Part shown: positions 1-11,778 of the stretch, one piece after another | How the letters are laid out: each line of letters opens with the position of its first letter | Numbering within the stretch: the first letter of the stretch is position 1 | Origin: the human T2T-CHM13v2.0 reference genome, Homo sapiens | NCBI RefSeq assembly: GCF_009914755.1 | Contig: NC_060943.1 | DNA: 64,000 bases | Direction: 5' to 3' (one strand) | The notes under the pieces: generated by a model | Told to the model about the DNA's origin: nothing | What the model saw: only the letters and a program-made list of their open reading frames with translations | Databases searched by the model: none | Translations under genes and position numbers: made by a program

Positions 1-192
1 ATATTTCAGCCGCTTTGAGGTCAATGTTAATAAAGGAAATATCTTCGTATAAAAACTAGACAGAATGATTCTCAGAAACTCCTTTGTGATGTGTGCGTTC
101 AACTCACAGAGTTTAACCTTTCTTTTCATAGAGTAGTTAGGAAACACTCTGTTTGTAAAGTCTGCAAGTGGATATTCAGACCTCTTAGCGGC

Positions 193-209
193 CTTCGTTG
201 GAAACGGGA
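193..209 (+). other. CENP-B box (first example; recurs every ~340 bp, intact or mutated)
   Basis: CTTCGTTGGAAACGGGA matches the canonical 17 bp box with core NTTCGNNNNANNCGGGN. Confidence 0.95.
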
Positions 210-360
210 TTTCCTCATATTATGCTAGACAAAAGAATTCTCAGTAACTTCCTTGTGTTGTGTGCATTCAACTCAGAGAGTTGAACGATCCTTTACACAG
301 AGCAGATTGGACACACTCTTTTTGTGGAATTGCAAGTGGAGATTTCAGCCCCTTTGAGGT

Positions 361-377
361 CAATGGTAGAAAAGGAA
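361..377 (-). other. A-box / pJ-alpha-type site at the homologous position of the alternate monomer (example; recurs every ~340 bp)
   Basis: CAATGGTAGAAAAGGAA (reverse complement TTCCTTTTCTACCATTG) sits ~170 bp from each CENP-B box and resembles the A-type monomer motif. Confidence 0.7.
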
Positions 378-3300
378 ATATCTTTGTATAAAAACTAGAC
401 AGAATGATTCTCAGAAACTCCTTTGTGATGTGTGCGTTCAACTCACAGAGTTTAACCTTTCTTTTCATAGAGTAGTTAGGAAACACTCTGTTTGTAAAGT
501 CTGCAACTGGATATTCAGATCTCTTTGAGGCCTTCGTTGGAAACGGGATTTCTTCATATTATGCTAGACAGAAGAATTCTCAGTAACTTCCTTGTGTTTT
601 GTGCATTCAACTCACAGAGTTGAACGATCCTTTACACAGAGCAGATTAGAAACACTCTTTTTGTGGAATTTGCAAGTGGACATTTCAGCCGCTTTGAGGT
701 CAATGGTAGAAAAGGAAATATCTTCGTATAAAAACTAGACAGAATGATTCTCAGAAACTCCTTTGTGATGTGTGCGTTCAACTCACAGAGTTTATCCTTT
801 CTTTTCATAGAGTAGTTAGGAAACACTCTGTTTGTAAAGTCTGCAAGTGGATATTCAGACCTCTTTGAGGCCTTCGTTGGAAACGGGATTTCATCATATT
901 ATGCTAGACAGAAGAATTCTCAGTAACTTCCTTGTGTTGTGTGAATTCAACTCACAGAGTTGAATAATCCTTTACACAGAGCAGATTAGAAACACTCTTT
1001 TTGTGGAACTTGCAATTGGATATTTCAGCCGCTTTGAGGTCAATGGTAGAAAAGGAAATATCTTCGTATAAAAACTTGACAGAATGATTCTCAGAAATCC
1101 TTTGTGATGTGTGCGTTCAACTCACAGAGTTTAAAATTTCTTTTCATAGAGTAGTTAGGAAACACTCTGTTTGTAAAGTCTGCTAGTGGATATTCAGACC
1201 TCTTAGCGGCCTTCGTTGGAAACGGGATTTCTTCATATTATGCTAGACAAAAGAATTCTCAGTAACTTCCTTGTGTTGTGTGCATTCAACTCAGAGAGTT
1301 GAACGATCCTTTACACAGAGCAGATTGGACACACTCTTTTTGTGGAATTGCAAGTGGAGATTTCAGCCGCTTTGAGGTCAATGGTAGAAAAGGAAATATC
1401 TTCGTATAAAAACTAGACAGAATGATTCTCAGAAACTCCTTTGTGATGTGTGCGTTCAACTCACAGAGTTTAACCTTTCTTTTCATAGAGTAGTTAGGAA
1501 ACACTCTGTTTGTAAAGTCTGCAACTGGATATTCAGATCTCTTTGAGGCCTTCGTTGGAAACGGGATTTCTTCATATTATGCTAGACAGAAGAATTCTCA
1601 GTAACTTCCTTGTGTTGTGTGCATTCAACTCACAGAGTTGAACGATCCTTTACACAGAGCAGATTAGAAACACTCTTTTTGTGGAATTTGCAAGTGGACA
1701 TTTCAGCCGCTTTGAGGTCAATGGTAGAAAAGGAAATATGTTCGTATAAAAACTAGACAGAATGATTCTAAGAAACTCCTTTGTGATGTGTGCGTTCAAC
1801 TCACAGAGTTTTACCTTTCCTTTCATAGAGTAGTTAGGAAACACTCTGTTTGTAATGTCTGCAAGTGGATATTCAGACCTCTTTGAGGCCTTCGTTGGAT
1901 ACGGGATTTCTTCATATTATGCTAGACAGAAGAATTCTCAGTAACTTCCTTGTGTTGTGTGCATTCAACTCACAGAGTTGAACGATCCTTTACACAGAGC
2001 AGATTAGAAACACTCTTTTTGTGGAATTTGCAATTGGAGATTTCAGCCGCTTTGAGGTCAATGGTAGAAAAGGAAATATCTTCGTATAAAAACTAGACAG
2101 AATGATTCTCAGAAACTACTTTGTGATGTGTCCGTTCAGCTCACAGAGTTTAACCTTTCTTTTCATAGAGTAGTTAGGAAACACTCTGTTTGTAAAGTCT
2201 GCAAGTGGATATTCAGACCTCTTTGAGGCCTTCGTTGGAAACGGGATTTCTTCATATTATGCTAGACAGAAGAATTCTCAGTAACTTCCTTGTGTTGTGT
2301 GCATTCAACTCACACAGTTGAACGATCCTTTACACAGAGCAGATTAGAAACACTCTTTTTGTGGAATTTGCAAGTGGAGATTTCAGCCGCTTTGAGGTCA
2401 ATGGTAGAAAAGGAAATATCTTCGTATAAAAACTAGACAGAATGATTCTCAGAAACTCCTTTGTGATGTGTGCGTTCAACTCACAGAGTTTATCCTTTCT
2501 TTTCATAGAGTAGTTAGGAAACACTCTGTTTGTAAAGTCTGCAAGTGGATATTCAGACCTCTTAGCGGCCTTCGTTGGAAACGGTATTTCCTCATATTAT
2601 GCTAGACAAAAGAATTCTCAGTAACTTCCTTGTGTTGTGTGCATTCAACTCAGAGAGTTGAACGATCTTTTACACAGAGCAGATTGGACACACTCTTGTT
2701 GTGGAATTGCAAGTGGAGATTTCAGCCCCTTTGAGGTCAATGGTAGAAAAGGAAATATCTTTGTATAAAAACAAGACAGAATGATTCTCAGAAACTCCTT
2801 TGTGATGTGTGCGTTCATCTCACAGAGTTTAACCTTTCTTTTCATAGAGTAGTTAGGAAACACTCTGTTTGTAAAGTCTGCAACTGGATATTCAGATCTG
2901 TTTGAGGCCTTCGTTGGAAACGGGATTTCTTCATATTATGCTAGACAGAAGAATTCTCAGTAACTTCCTTGTGTTGTGTGCATTAAACTCACAGAGTTGA
3001 ACGATCCTTTACACAGAGCAGATTAGAAACACTCTTTTTGTGGAATTTGCAAGTGGACATTTCAGCCGCTTTGAGGTCAATGGTAGAAAAGGAAATATGT
3101 TCGTATAAAAACTAGACAGAATGATTCTCAGAAACACCTTTGTGATGTGTGCGTTCAACTCACAGAGTTTTACCTTTCCTTTCATAGAGTAGTTAGGAAA
3201 CACTCTGTTTGTAAAGTCTGCAAGTGGATATTCAGACCTCTTTGAGGCCTTCGTTGGAAACGGGATTTCTTCATATTATGCTTGACAGAAGAATTCTCAG

Positions 3301-4648
3301 TAACTTCCTTGTGTTGTGCGCATTCAACTCACAGAGTTGAACGATCCTTTACACAGAGCAGATTAGAAACACTCTTTTTGTGGAATTTGCAAGTGGAGAT
3401 TTCAGCCGCTTTGAGGTCAATGGTAGAAAAGGAAATATCTTCGTATAAAAACTAGACAGAATGATTCTCAGAAACTACTTTGTGATGTGTCCGTTCAGCT
3501 CACAGAGTTTAACCTTTCTTTTCATAGAGTAGTTAGGAAACACTCTGTTTGTAAAGTCTGCAAGTGGATATTCAGACCTCTTTGAGGCCTTCGTTGGAAA
3601 CGGGATTTCTTCATATTATGCTAGACAGAAGAATTCTCAGTAACTTCCTTGTGTTGTGTGCATTCAACTCACAGAGTTGAACGATCCTTTACACAGAGCA
3701 GATTAGAAACACTCTTTTTGTGGAATTTGCAAGTGGAGATTTCAGCCGCTTTGAGCTCAATGGTAGAAAAGGAAATATCTTCGTATAAAAACTAGACAGA
3801 ATGATTCTCAGAAACTCCTTTGTGATGTGTGCGTTCAACTCACAGAGTTTATCCTTTCTTTTCATAGAGTAGTTAGGAAACACTCTGTTTGTAAAGTCTG
3901 CAAGTGGATATGCAGACCTCTTTGAGGCCTTCGTTGGAAACGGGATTTCATCATATTATGCTAGACAGAAGAATTCTCAGTAACTTCCTTGTGTTGTGTG
4001 AATTCAACTCACAGAGTTGAACGATCCTTTACACAGAGCAGATTAGAAACACTCTTTTTGTGGAACTTGCAATTGGATATTTCAGCCGCTTTGAGGTCAA
4101 TGGTAGAAAAGGAAATATCTTCGTATAAAAACTAGACAGAATGATTCTCAGAAATCCTTTGTGATGTGTGCGTTCAACTCACAGAGTTTAACCTTTCTTT
4201 TCATAGAGTAGTTAGGAAACACTCTGTTTGTAAAGTCTGCAAGTGGATATTCAGACCTCTTAGGGGCCTTCGTTGGAAAAGGGATTTCTTCATATTATGC
4301 TAGACAAAAGAATTCTCAGTAACTTCCTTGTGTTGTGTGCATTCAACTCAGAGAGTTGAACGATCCTTTACACAGAGCAGATTGGACACACTCTTTTTGT
4401 GGAATTGCAAGTTGAGATTTCAGCCGCTTTGAGGTCAATGGTAGAAAAGGAAATATCTTCGTATAAAAACTAGAAAGAATGATTCTCAGAAACTCCTTTG
4501 TGATGTGTGCGTTCAACTCACAGAGTTTAACCTTTCTTTTCATAGAGTAGTTAGGAAACACTCTGTTTGTAAAGTCTGCAAGTGGATATTCAGACATCTT
4601 TGAGGCCTTCGTTGGAAACGGGATTTCTTCATATTATGCTAGACAGAA

Positions 4649-7600
4649 GAATTCTCAGTAACTTCCTTGTGTTGTGTGCATTCAACTCACAGAGTTGAAT
4701 GATCGTTTACACAGACCAGATTAGAAACACTCTTTTTGTGGATTTTGCAAGTGGAGATTTTAGCCGCTTTGATGTCAATGGTAGAAAAGGAAATATCTTC
4801 GTATAGAAACTAGACAGAATGATTCTCAGAAACTCCTTTGTGATGTGTGCATTCAACTCACAGAGTTTAACCTTTCTTTTCATAGAGCAGTTAGGAAACA
4901 CTCTGTTTTTAAAGTCTGCAAGTGGATATTCAGACCTCTTTGAGGCCTTCGTTGGAAACGGGATTTCTTCATATTATGCTAGACTGAAGAATTCTCAGTA
5001 ACTTCCTTGTGTTGTGTGAATTCAACTCACAGAGTTGAACGATCCTTTACACAGAGCAGATTAGAAACACTCTTTTTGTGGAACTTGCAATTGGATATTT
5101 CAGCCGCTTTGAGGTCAATGTTAATAAAGGAAATATCTTCGTATAAAAACTAGACAGAATGATTCTCAGAAACTCCTTTGTGATGTGTGCGTTCAACTCA
5201 CAGAGTTTAACCTTTCTTTTCATAGAGTAGTTAGGAAACACTCTGTTTGTAAAGTCTGCAAGTGGATATTCAGACCTCTTAGCGGCCTTCGTTGGAAACG
5301 GGATTTCCTCATATTATGCTAGACAAAAGAATTCTCAGTAACTTCCTTGTGTTGTGTGCATTCAACTCAGAGAGTTGAACGATCCTTTACACAGAGCAGA
5401 TTGGACACACTCTTTTTGTGGAATTGCAAGTGGAGATTTCAGCCCCTTTGAGGTCAATGGTAGAAAAGGAAATATCTTTGTATAAAAACTAGACAGAATG
5501 ATTCTCAGAAACTCCTTTGTGATGTGTGCGTTCAACTCACAGAGTTTAACCTTTCTTTTCATAGAGTAGTTAGGAAACACTCTGTTTGTAAAGTCTGCAA
5601 CTGGATATTCAGATCTCTTTGAGGCCTTCGTTGGAAACGGGATTTCTTCATATTATGCTAGACAGAAGAATTCTCAGTAACTTCCTTGTGTTTTGTGCAT
5701 TCAACTCACAGAGTTGAACGATCCTTTACACAGAGCAGATTAGAAACACTCTTTTTGTGGAATTTGCAAGTGGACATTTCAGCCGCTTTGAGGTCAATGG
5801 TAGAAAAGGAAATATCTTCGTATAAAAACTAGACAGAATGATTCTCAGAAACTCCTTTGTGATGTGTGCGTTCAACTCACAGAGTTTATCCTTTCTTTTC
5901 ATAGAGTAGTTAGGAAACACTCTGTTTGTAAAGTCTGCAAGTGGATATTCAGACCTCTTTGAGGCCTTCGTTGGAAACGGGATTTCATCATATTATGCTA
6001 GACAGAAGAATTCTCAGTAACTTCCTTGTGTTGTGTGAATTCAACTCACAGAGTTGAATAATCCTTTACACAGAGCAGATTAGAAACACTCTTTTTGTGG
6101 AACTTGCAATTGGATATTTCAGCCGCTTTGAGGTCAATGGTAGAAAAGGAAATATCTTCGTATAAAAACTTGACAGAATGATTCTCAGAAATCCTTTGTG
6201 ATGTGTGCGTTCAACTCACAGAGTTTAAAATTTCTTTTCATAGAGTAGTTAGGAAACACTCTGTTTGTAAAGTCTGCAAGTGGATATTCAGACCTCTTAG
6301 CGGCCTTCGTTGGAAACGGGATTTCTTCATATTATGCTAGACAAAAGAATTCTCAGTAACTTCCTTGTGTTGTGTGCATTCAACTCAGAGAGTTGAACGA
6401 TCCTTTACACAGAGCAGATTGGACACACTCTTTTTGTGGAATTGCAAGTGGAGATTTCAGCCGCTTTGAGGTCAATGGTAGAAAAGGAAATATCTTCGTA
6501 TAAAAACTAGACAGAATGATTCTCAGAAACTCCTTTGTGATGTGTGCGTTCAACTCACAGAGTTTAACCTTTCTTTTCATAGAGTAGTTAGGAAACACTC
6601 TGTTTGTAAAGTCTGCAACTGGATATTCAGATCTCTTTGAGGCCTTCGTTGGAAACGGGATTTCTTCATATTATGCTAGACAGAAGAATTCTCAGTAACT
6701 TCCTTGTGTTGTGTGCATTCAACTCACAGAGTTGAACGATCCTTTACACAGAGCAGATTAGAAACACTCTTTTTGTGGAATTTGCAAGTGGACATTTCAG
6801 CCGCTTTGAGGTCAATGGTAGAAAAGGAAATATGTTCGTATAAAAACTAGACAGAATGATTCTAAGAAACTCCTTTGTGATGTGTGCGTTCAACTCACAG
6901 AGTTTTACCTTTCCTTTCATAGAGTAGTTAGGAAACACTCTGTTTGTAATGTCTGCAAGTGGATATTCAGACCTCTTTGAGGCCTTCGTTGGATACGGGA
7001 TTTCTTCATATTATGCTAGACAGAAGAATTCTCAGTAACTTCCTTGTGTTGTGTGCATTCAACTCACAGAGTTGAACGATCCTTTACACAGAGCAGATTA
7101 GAAACACTCTTTTTGTGGAATTTGCAATTGGAGATTTCAGCCGCTTTGAGGTCAATGGTAGAAAAGGAAATATCTTCGTATAAAAACTAGACAGAATGAT
7201 TCTCAGAAACTACTTTGTGATGTGTCCGTTCAGCTCACAGAGTTTAACCTTTCTTTTCATAGAGTAGTTAGGAAACACTCTGTTTGTAAAGTCTGCAAGT
7301 GGATATTCAGACCTCTTTGAGGCCTTCGTTGGAAACGGGATTTCTTCATATTATGCTAGACAGAAGAATTCTCAGTAACTTCCTTGTGTTGTGTGCATTC
7401 AACTCACACAGTTGAACGATCCTTTACACAGAGCAGATTAGAAACACTCTTTTTGTGAAATTTGCAAGTGGAGATTTCAGCCGCTTTGAGGTCAATGGTA
7501 GAAAAGGAAATATCTTCGTATAAAAACTAGACAGAATGATTCTCAGAAACTCCTTTGTGATGTGTGCGTTCAACTCACAGAGTTTATCCTTTCTTTTCAT

Positions 7601-10600
7601 AGAGTAGTTAGGAAACACTCTGTTTGTAAAGTCTGCAAGTGGATATTCAGACCTCTTTGAGGCCTTCGTTGGAAACGGGATTTCATCATATTATGCTAGA
7701 CAGAAGAATTCTCAGTAACTTCCTTGTGTTGTGTGAATTCAACTCACAGAGTTGAATGATCCTTTACACAGAGCAGATTAGAAACACTCTTTTTGTGGAA
7801 CTTGCAATTGGATATTTCAGCCGCTTTGAGGTCAATGGTAGAAAAGGAAATATCTTCGTATAAAAACTTGACAGAATGATTCTCAGAAATCCTTTGTGAT
7901 GTGTGCGTTCAACTCACAGAGTTTAACCTTTCTTTTCATAGAGTAGTTAGGAAACACTCTGTTTGTAAAGTCTGCAAGTGGATATTCAGACCTCTTAGGG
8001 CCTTCGTTGGAAAAGGGATTTCTTCATATTATGCTAGACAGAAGAATTCTCAGTAACTTCCTTGTGTTGTGTGCATTCAACTCACAGAGTTGAATGATCG
8101 TTTACACAGACCAGATTAGAAACACTCTTTTTGTGGATTTTGCAAGTGGAGATTTTAGCCGCTTTGATGTCAATGGTAGAAAAGGAAATATCTTCGTATA
8201 GAAACTAGACAGAATGATTCTCAGAAACTCCTTTGTGATGTGTGCATTCAACTCACAGAGTTTAACCTTTCTTTTCATAGAGCAGTTAGGAAACACTCTG
8301 TTTTTAAAGTCTGCAAGTGGATATTCAGACCCCTTTGAGGCCTTCGTTGGAAACGGGATTTCTTCATATTATGCTAGACAGAAGAATTCTCAGTAACTTC
8401 CTTGTGTTGTGTGAATTCAACTCACAGAGTTGAACGATCCTTTACACAGAGCAGATTAGAAACACTCTTTTTGTGGAACTTGCAATTGGAAATTTCAGCC
8501 GCTTTGAGGTCAATGTTAGAAAAGGAAATATCTTCGTATAAAAACTAGACAGAATGATTCTCAGAAACTCCTTTGTGATGTGTGCGTTCAACTCACAGAG
8601 TTTAACCTTTCTTTTCATAGAGTAGTTAGGAAACACTCTGTTTGTAAAGTCTGCAAGTGGATATTCAGACCTCTTAGCGGCCTTCGTTGGAAACGGGATT
8701 TCCTCATATTATGCTAGACAAAAGAATTCTCAGTAACTTCCTTGTGTTGTGTGCATTCAACTCAGAGAGTTGAACGATCCTTTACACAGAGCAGATTGGA
8801 CACACTCTTTTTGTGGAATTGCAAGTGGAGATTTCAGCCCCTTTGAGGTCAATGGTAGAAAAGGAAATATCTTTGTATAAAAACTAGACAGAATGATTCT
8901 CAGAAACTCCTTTGTGATGTGTGCGTTCAACTCACAGAGTTTAACCTTTCTTTTCATAGAGTAGTTAGGAAACACTCTGTTTGTAAAGTCTGCAACTGGA
9001 TATTCAGATCTCTTTGAGGCCTTCGTTGGAAACGGGATTTCTTCATATTATGCTAGACAGAAGAATTCTCAGTAACTTCCTTGTGTTGTGTGCATTCAAC
9101 TCACAGAGTTGAACGATCCTTTACACAGAGCAGATTAGAAACACTCTTTTTGTGGAATTTGCAAGTGGACATTTCAGCCGCTTTGAGGTCAATGGTAGAA
9201 AAGGAAATATCTTCGTATAAAAACTAGACAGAATGATTCTCAGAAACTCCTTTGTGATGTGTGCGTTCAACTCACAGAGTTTATCCTTTCTTTTCATAGA
9301 GTAGTTAGGAAACACTCTGTTTGTAAAGTCTGCAAGTGGATATTCAGACCTCTTTGAGGCCTTCGTTGGAAACGGGATTTCATCATATTATGCTAGACAG
9401 AAGAATTCTCAGTAACTTCCTTGTGTTGTGTGAATTCAACTCACAGAGTTGAATAATCCTTTACACAGAGCAGATTAGAAACACTCTTTTTGTGGAACTT
9501 GCAATTGGATATTTCAGCCGCTTTGAGGTCAATGGTAGAAAAGGAAATATCTTCGTATAAAAACTTGACAGAATGATTCTCAGAAATCCTTTGTGATGTG
9601 TGCGTTCAACTCACAGAGTTTAAAATTTCTTTTCATAGAGTAGTTAGGAAACACTCTGTTTGTAAAGTCTGCAAGTGGATATTCAGACCTCTTAGCGGCC
9701 TTCGTTGGAAACGGGATTTCTTCATATTATGCTAGACAAAAGAATTCTCAGTAACTTCCTTGTGTTGTGTGCATTCAACTCAGAGAGTTGAACGATCCTT
9801 TACACAGAGCAGATTGGACACACTCTTTTTGTGGAATTGCAAGTGGAGATTTCAGCCGCTTTGAGGTCAACGGTAGAAAAGGAAATATCTTCGTATAAAA
9901 ACTAGACAGAATGATTCTCAGAAACTCCTTTGTGATGTGTGCGTTCAACTCACAGAGTTTAACCTTTCTTTTCATAGAGTAGTTAGGAAACACTCTGTTT
10001 GTAAAGTCTGCAACTGGATATTCAGATCTCTTTGAGGCCTTCGTTGGAAACGGGATTTCTTCATATTATGCTAGACAGAAGAATTCTCAGTAACTTCCTT
10101 GTGTTGTGTGCATTCAACTCACAGAGTTGAACGATCCTTTACACAGAGCAGATTAGAAACACTCTTTTTGTGGAATTTGCAAGTGGACATTTCAGCCGCT
10201 TTGAGGTCAATGGTAGAAAAGGAAATATGTTCGTATAAAAACTAGACAGAATGATTCTAAGAAACTCCTTTGTGATGTGTGCGTTCAACTCACAGAGTTT
10301 TACCTTTCCTTTCATAGAGTAGTTAGGAAACACTCTGTTTGTAATGTCTGCAAGTGGATATTCAGACCTCTTTGAGGCCTTCGTTGGATACGGGATTTCT
10401 TCATATTATGCTAGACAGAAGAATTCTCAGTAACTTCCTTGTGTTGTGTGCATTCAACTCACAGAGTTGAACGATCCTTTACACAGAGCAGATTAGAAAC
10501 ACTCTTTTTGTGGAATTTGCAATTGGAGATTTCAGCCGCTTTGAGGTCAATGGTAGAAAAGGAAATATCTTCGTATAAAAACTAGACAGAATGATTCTCA

Positions 10601-11315
10601 GAAACTACTTTGTGATGTGTCCGTTCAGCTCACAGAGTTTAACCTTTCTTTTCATAGAGTAGTTAGGAAACACTCTGTTTGTAAAGTCTACAAGTGGATA
10701 TTCAGACCTCTTTGAGGCCTTCGTTGGAAACGGGATTTCTTCATATTATGCTATACAGAAGAATTCTCAGTATCTTCCTTGTGTTGTGTGCATTCAACTC
10801 ACACAGTTGAACGATCCTTTACACAGAGCAGATTAGAAACACTCTTTTTGTGAAATTTGCAAGTGGAGATTTCAGCCGCTTTGAGGTCAATGGTAGAAAA
10901 GGAAATATCTTCGTATAAAAACTAGACAGAATGATTCTCAGAAACTCCTTTGTGATGTGTGCGTTCAACTCACAGAGTTTATCCTTTCTTTTCATAGAGT
11001 AGTTAGGAAACACTCTGTTTGTAAAGTCTGCAAGTGGATATTCAGACCTCTTTGAGGCCTTCGTTGGAAACGGGATTTCATCATATTATGCTAGACAGAA
11101 GAATTCTCAGTAACTTCCTTGTGTTGTGTGAATTCAACTCACAGAGTTGAATGATCCTTTACACAGAGCAGATTAGAAACACTCTTTTTGTGGAACTTGC
11201 AATTGGATATTTCAGCCGCTTTGAGGTCAATGGTAGAAAAGGAAATATCTTCGTATAAAAACTTGACAGAATGATTCTCAGAAATCCTTTGTGATGTGTG
11301 CGTTCAACTCACAGA
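4649..11315 (+). repeat. Tandem duplication with 3395 bp period (10 dimers)
   Basis: ORF-track pairs 4707/8102, 5047/8442, 5362/8757, 5726/9121, 6380/9775, 6744/10139, 7424/10819. Shared rare variants include ACAGACCAGA and GTGAAATTTG. Confidence 0.85.
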
Positions 11316-11778
11316 GTTTAAAATTTCTTTTCATAGAGTAGTTAGGAAACACTCTGTTTGTAAAGTCTGCAAGTGGATATTCAGACCTCTTAGCGGCCTT
11401 CGTTGGAAACGGGATTTCTTCATATTATGCTAGACAAAAGAATTCTCAGTAACTTCCTTGTGTTGTGTGCATTCAACTCAGAGAGTTGAACGATCCTTTA
11501 CACAGAGCAGATTGGACACACTCTTTTTGTGGAATTGCAAGTGGAGATTTCAGCCGCTTTGAGGTCAATGGTAGAAAAGGAAATATCTTCGTATAAAAAC
11601 TAGACAGAATGATTCTCAGAAACTCCTTTGTGATGTGTGCGTTCAACTCACAGAGTTTAACCTTTCTTTTCATAGAGTAGTTAGGAAACACTCTGTTTGT
11701 AAAGTCTGCAACTGGATATTCAGATCTCTTTGAGGCCCTCGTTGGAAACGGGATTTCTTCATATTATGCTAGACAGAA

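Larger units (their letters stand above)
235..11778 (+). repeat. Sub-block built from a 5-dimer (10-mer, ~1698 bp) nascent HOR A-D-E-B-C and truncated variants
   Basis: Dimer order read from private SNPs and indels, starting at 235: A B C A D E B* A D E B C A F G A B C A D E B C F G A B C A D E B C A. Full units lie at ~2612-4309, ~6347-8043 and ~9742-11439. Offsets of 1698, 3395 and 5094 recur in the ORF track. Confidence 0.8.
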
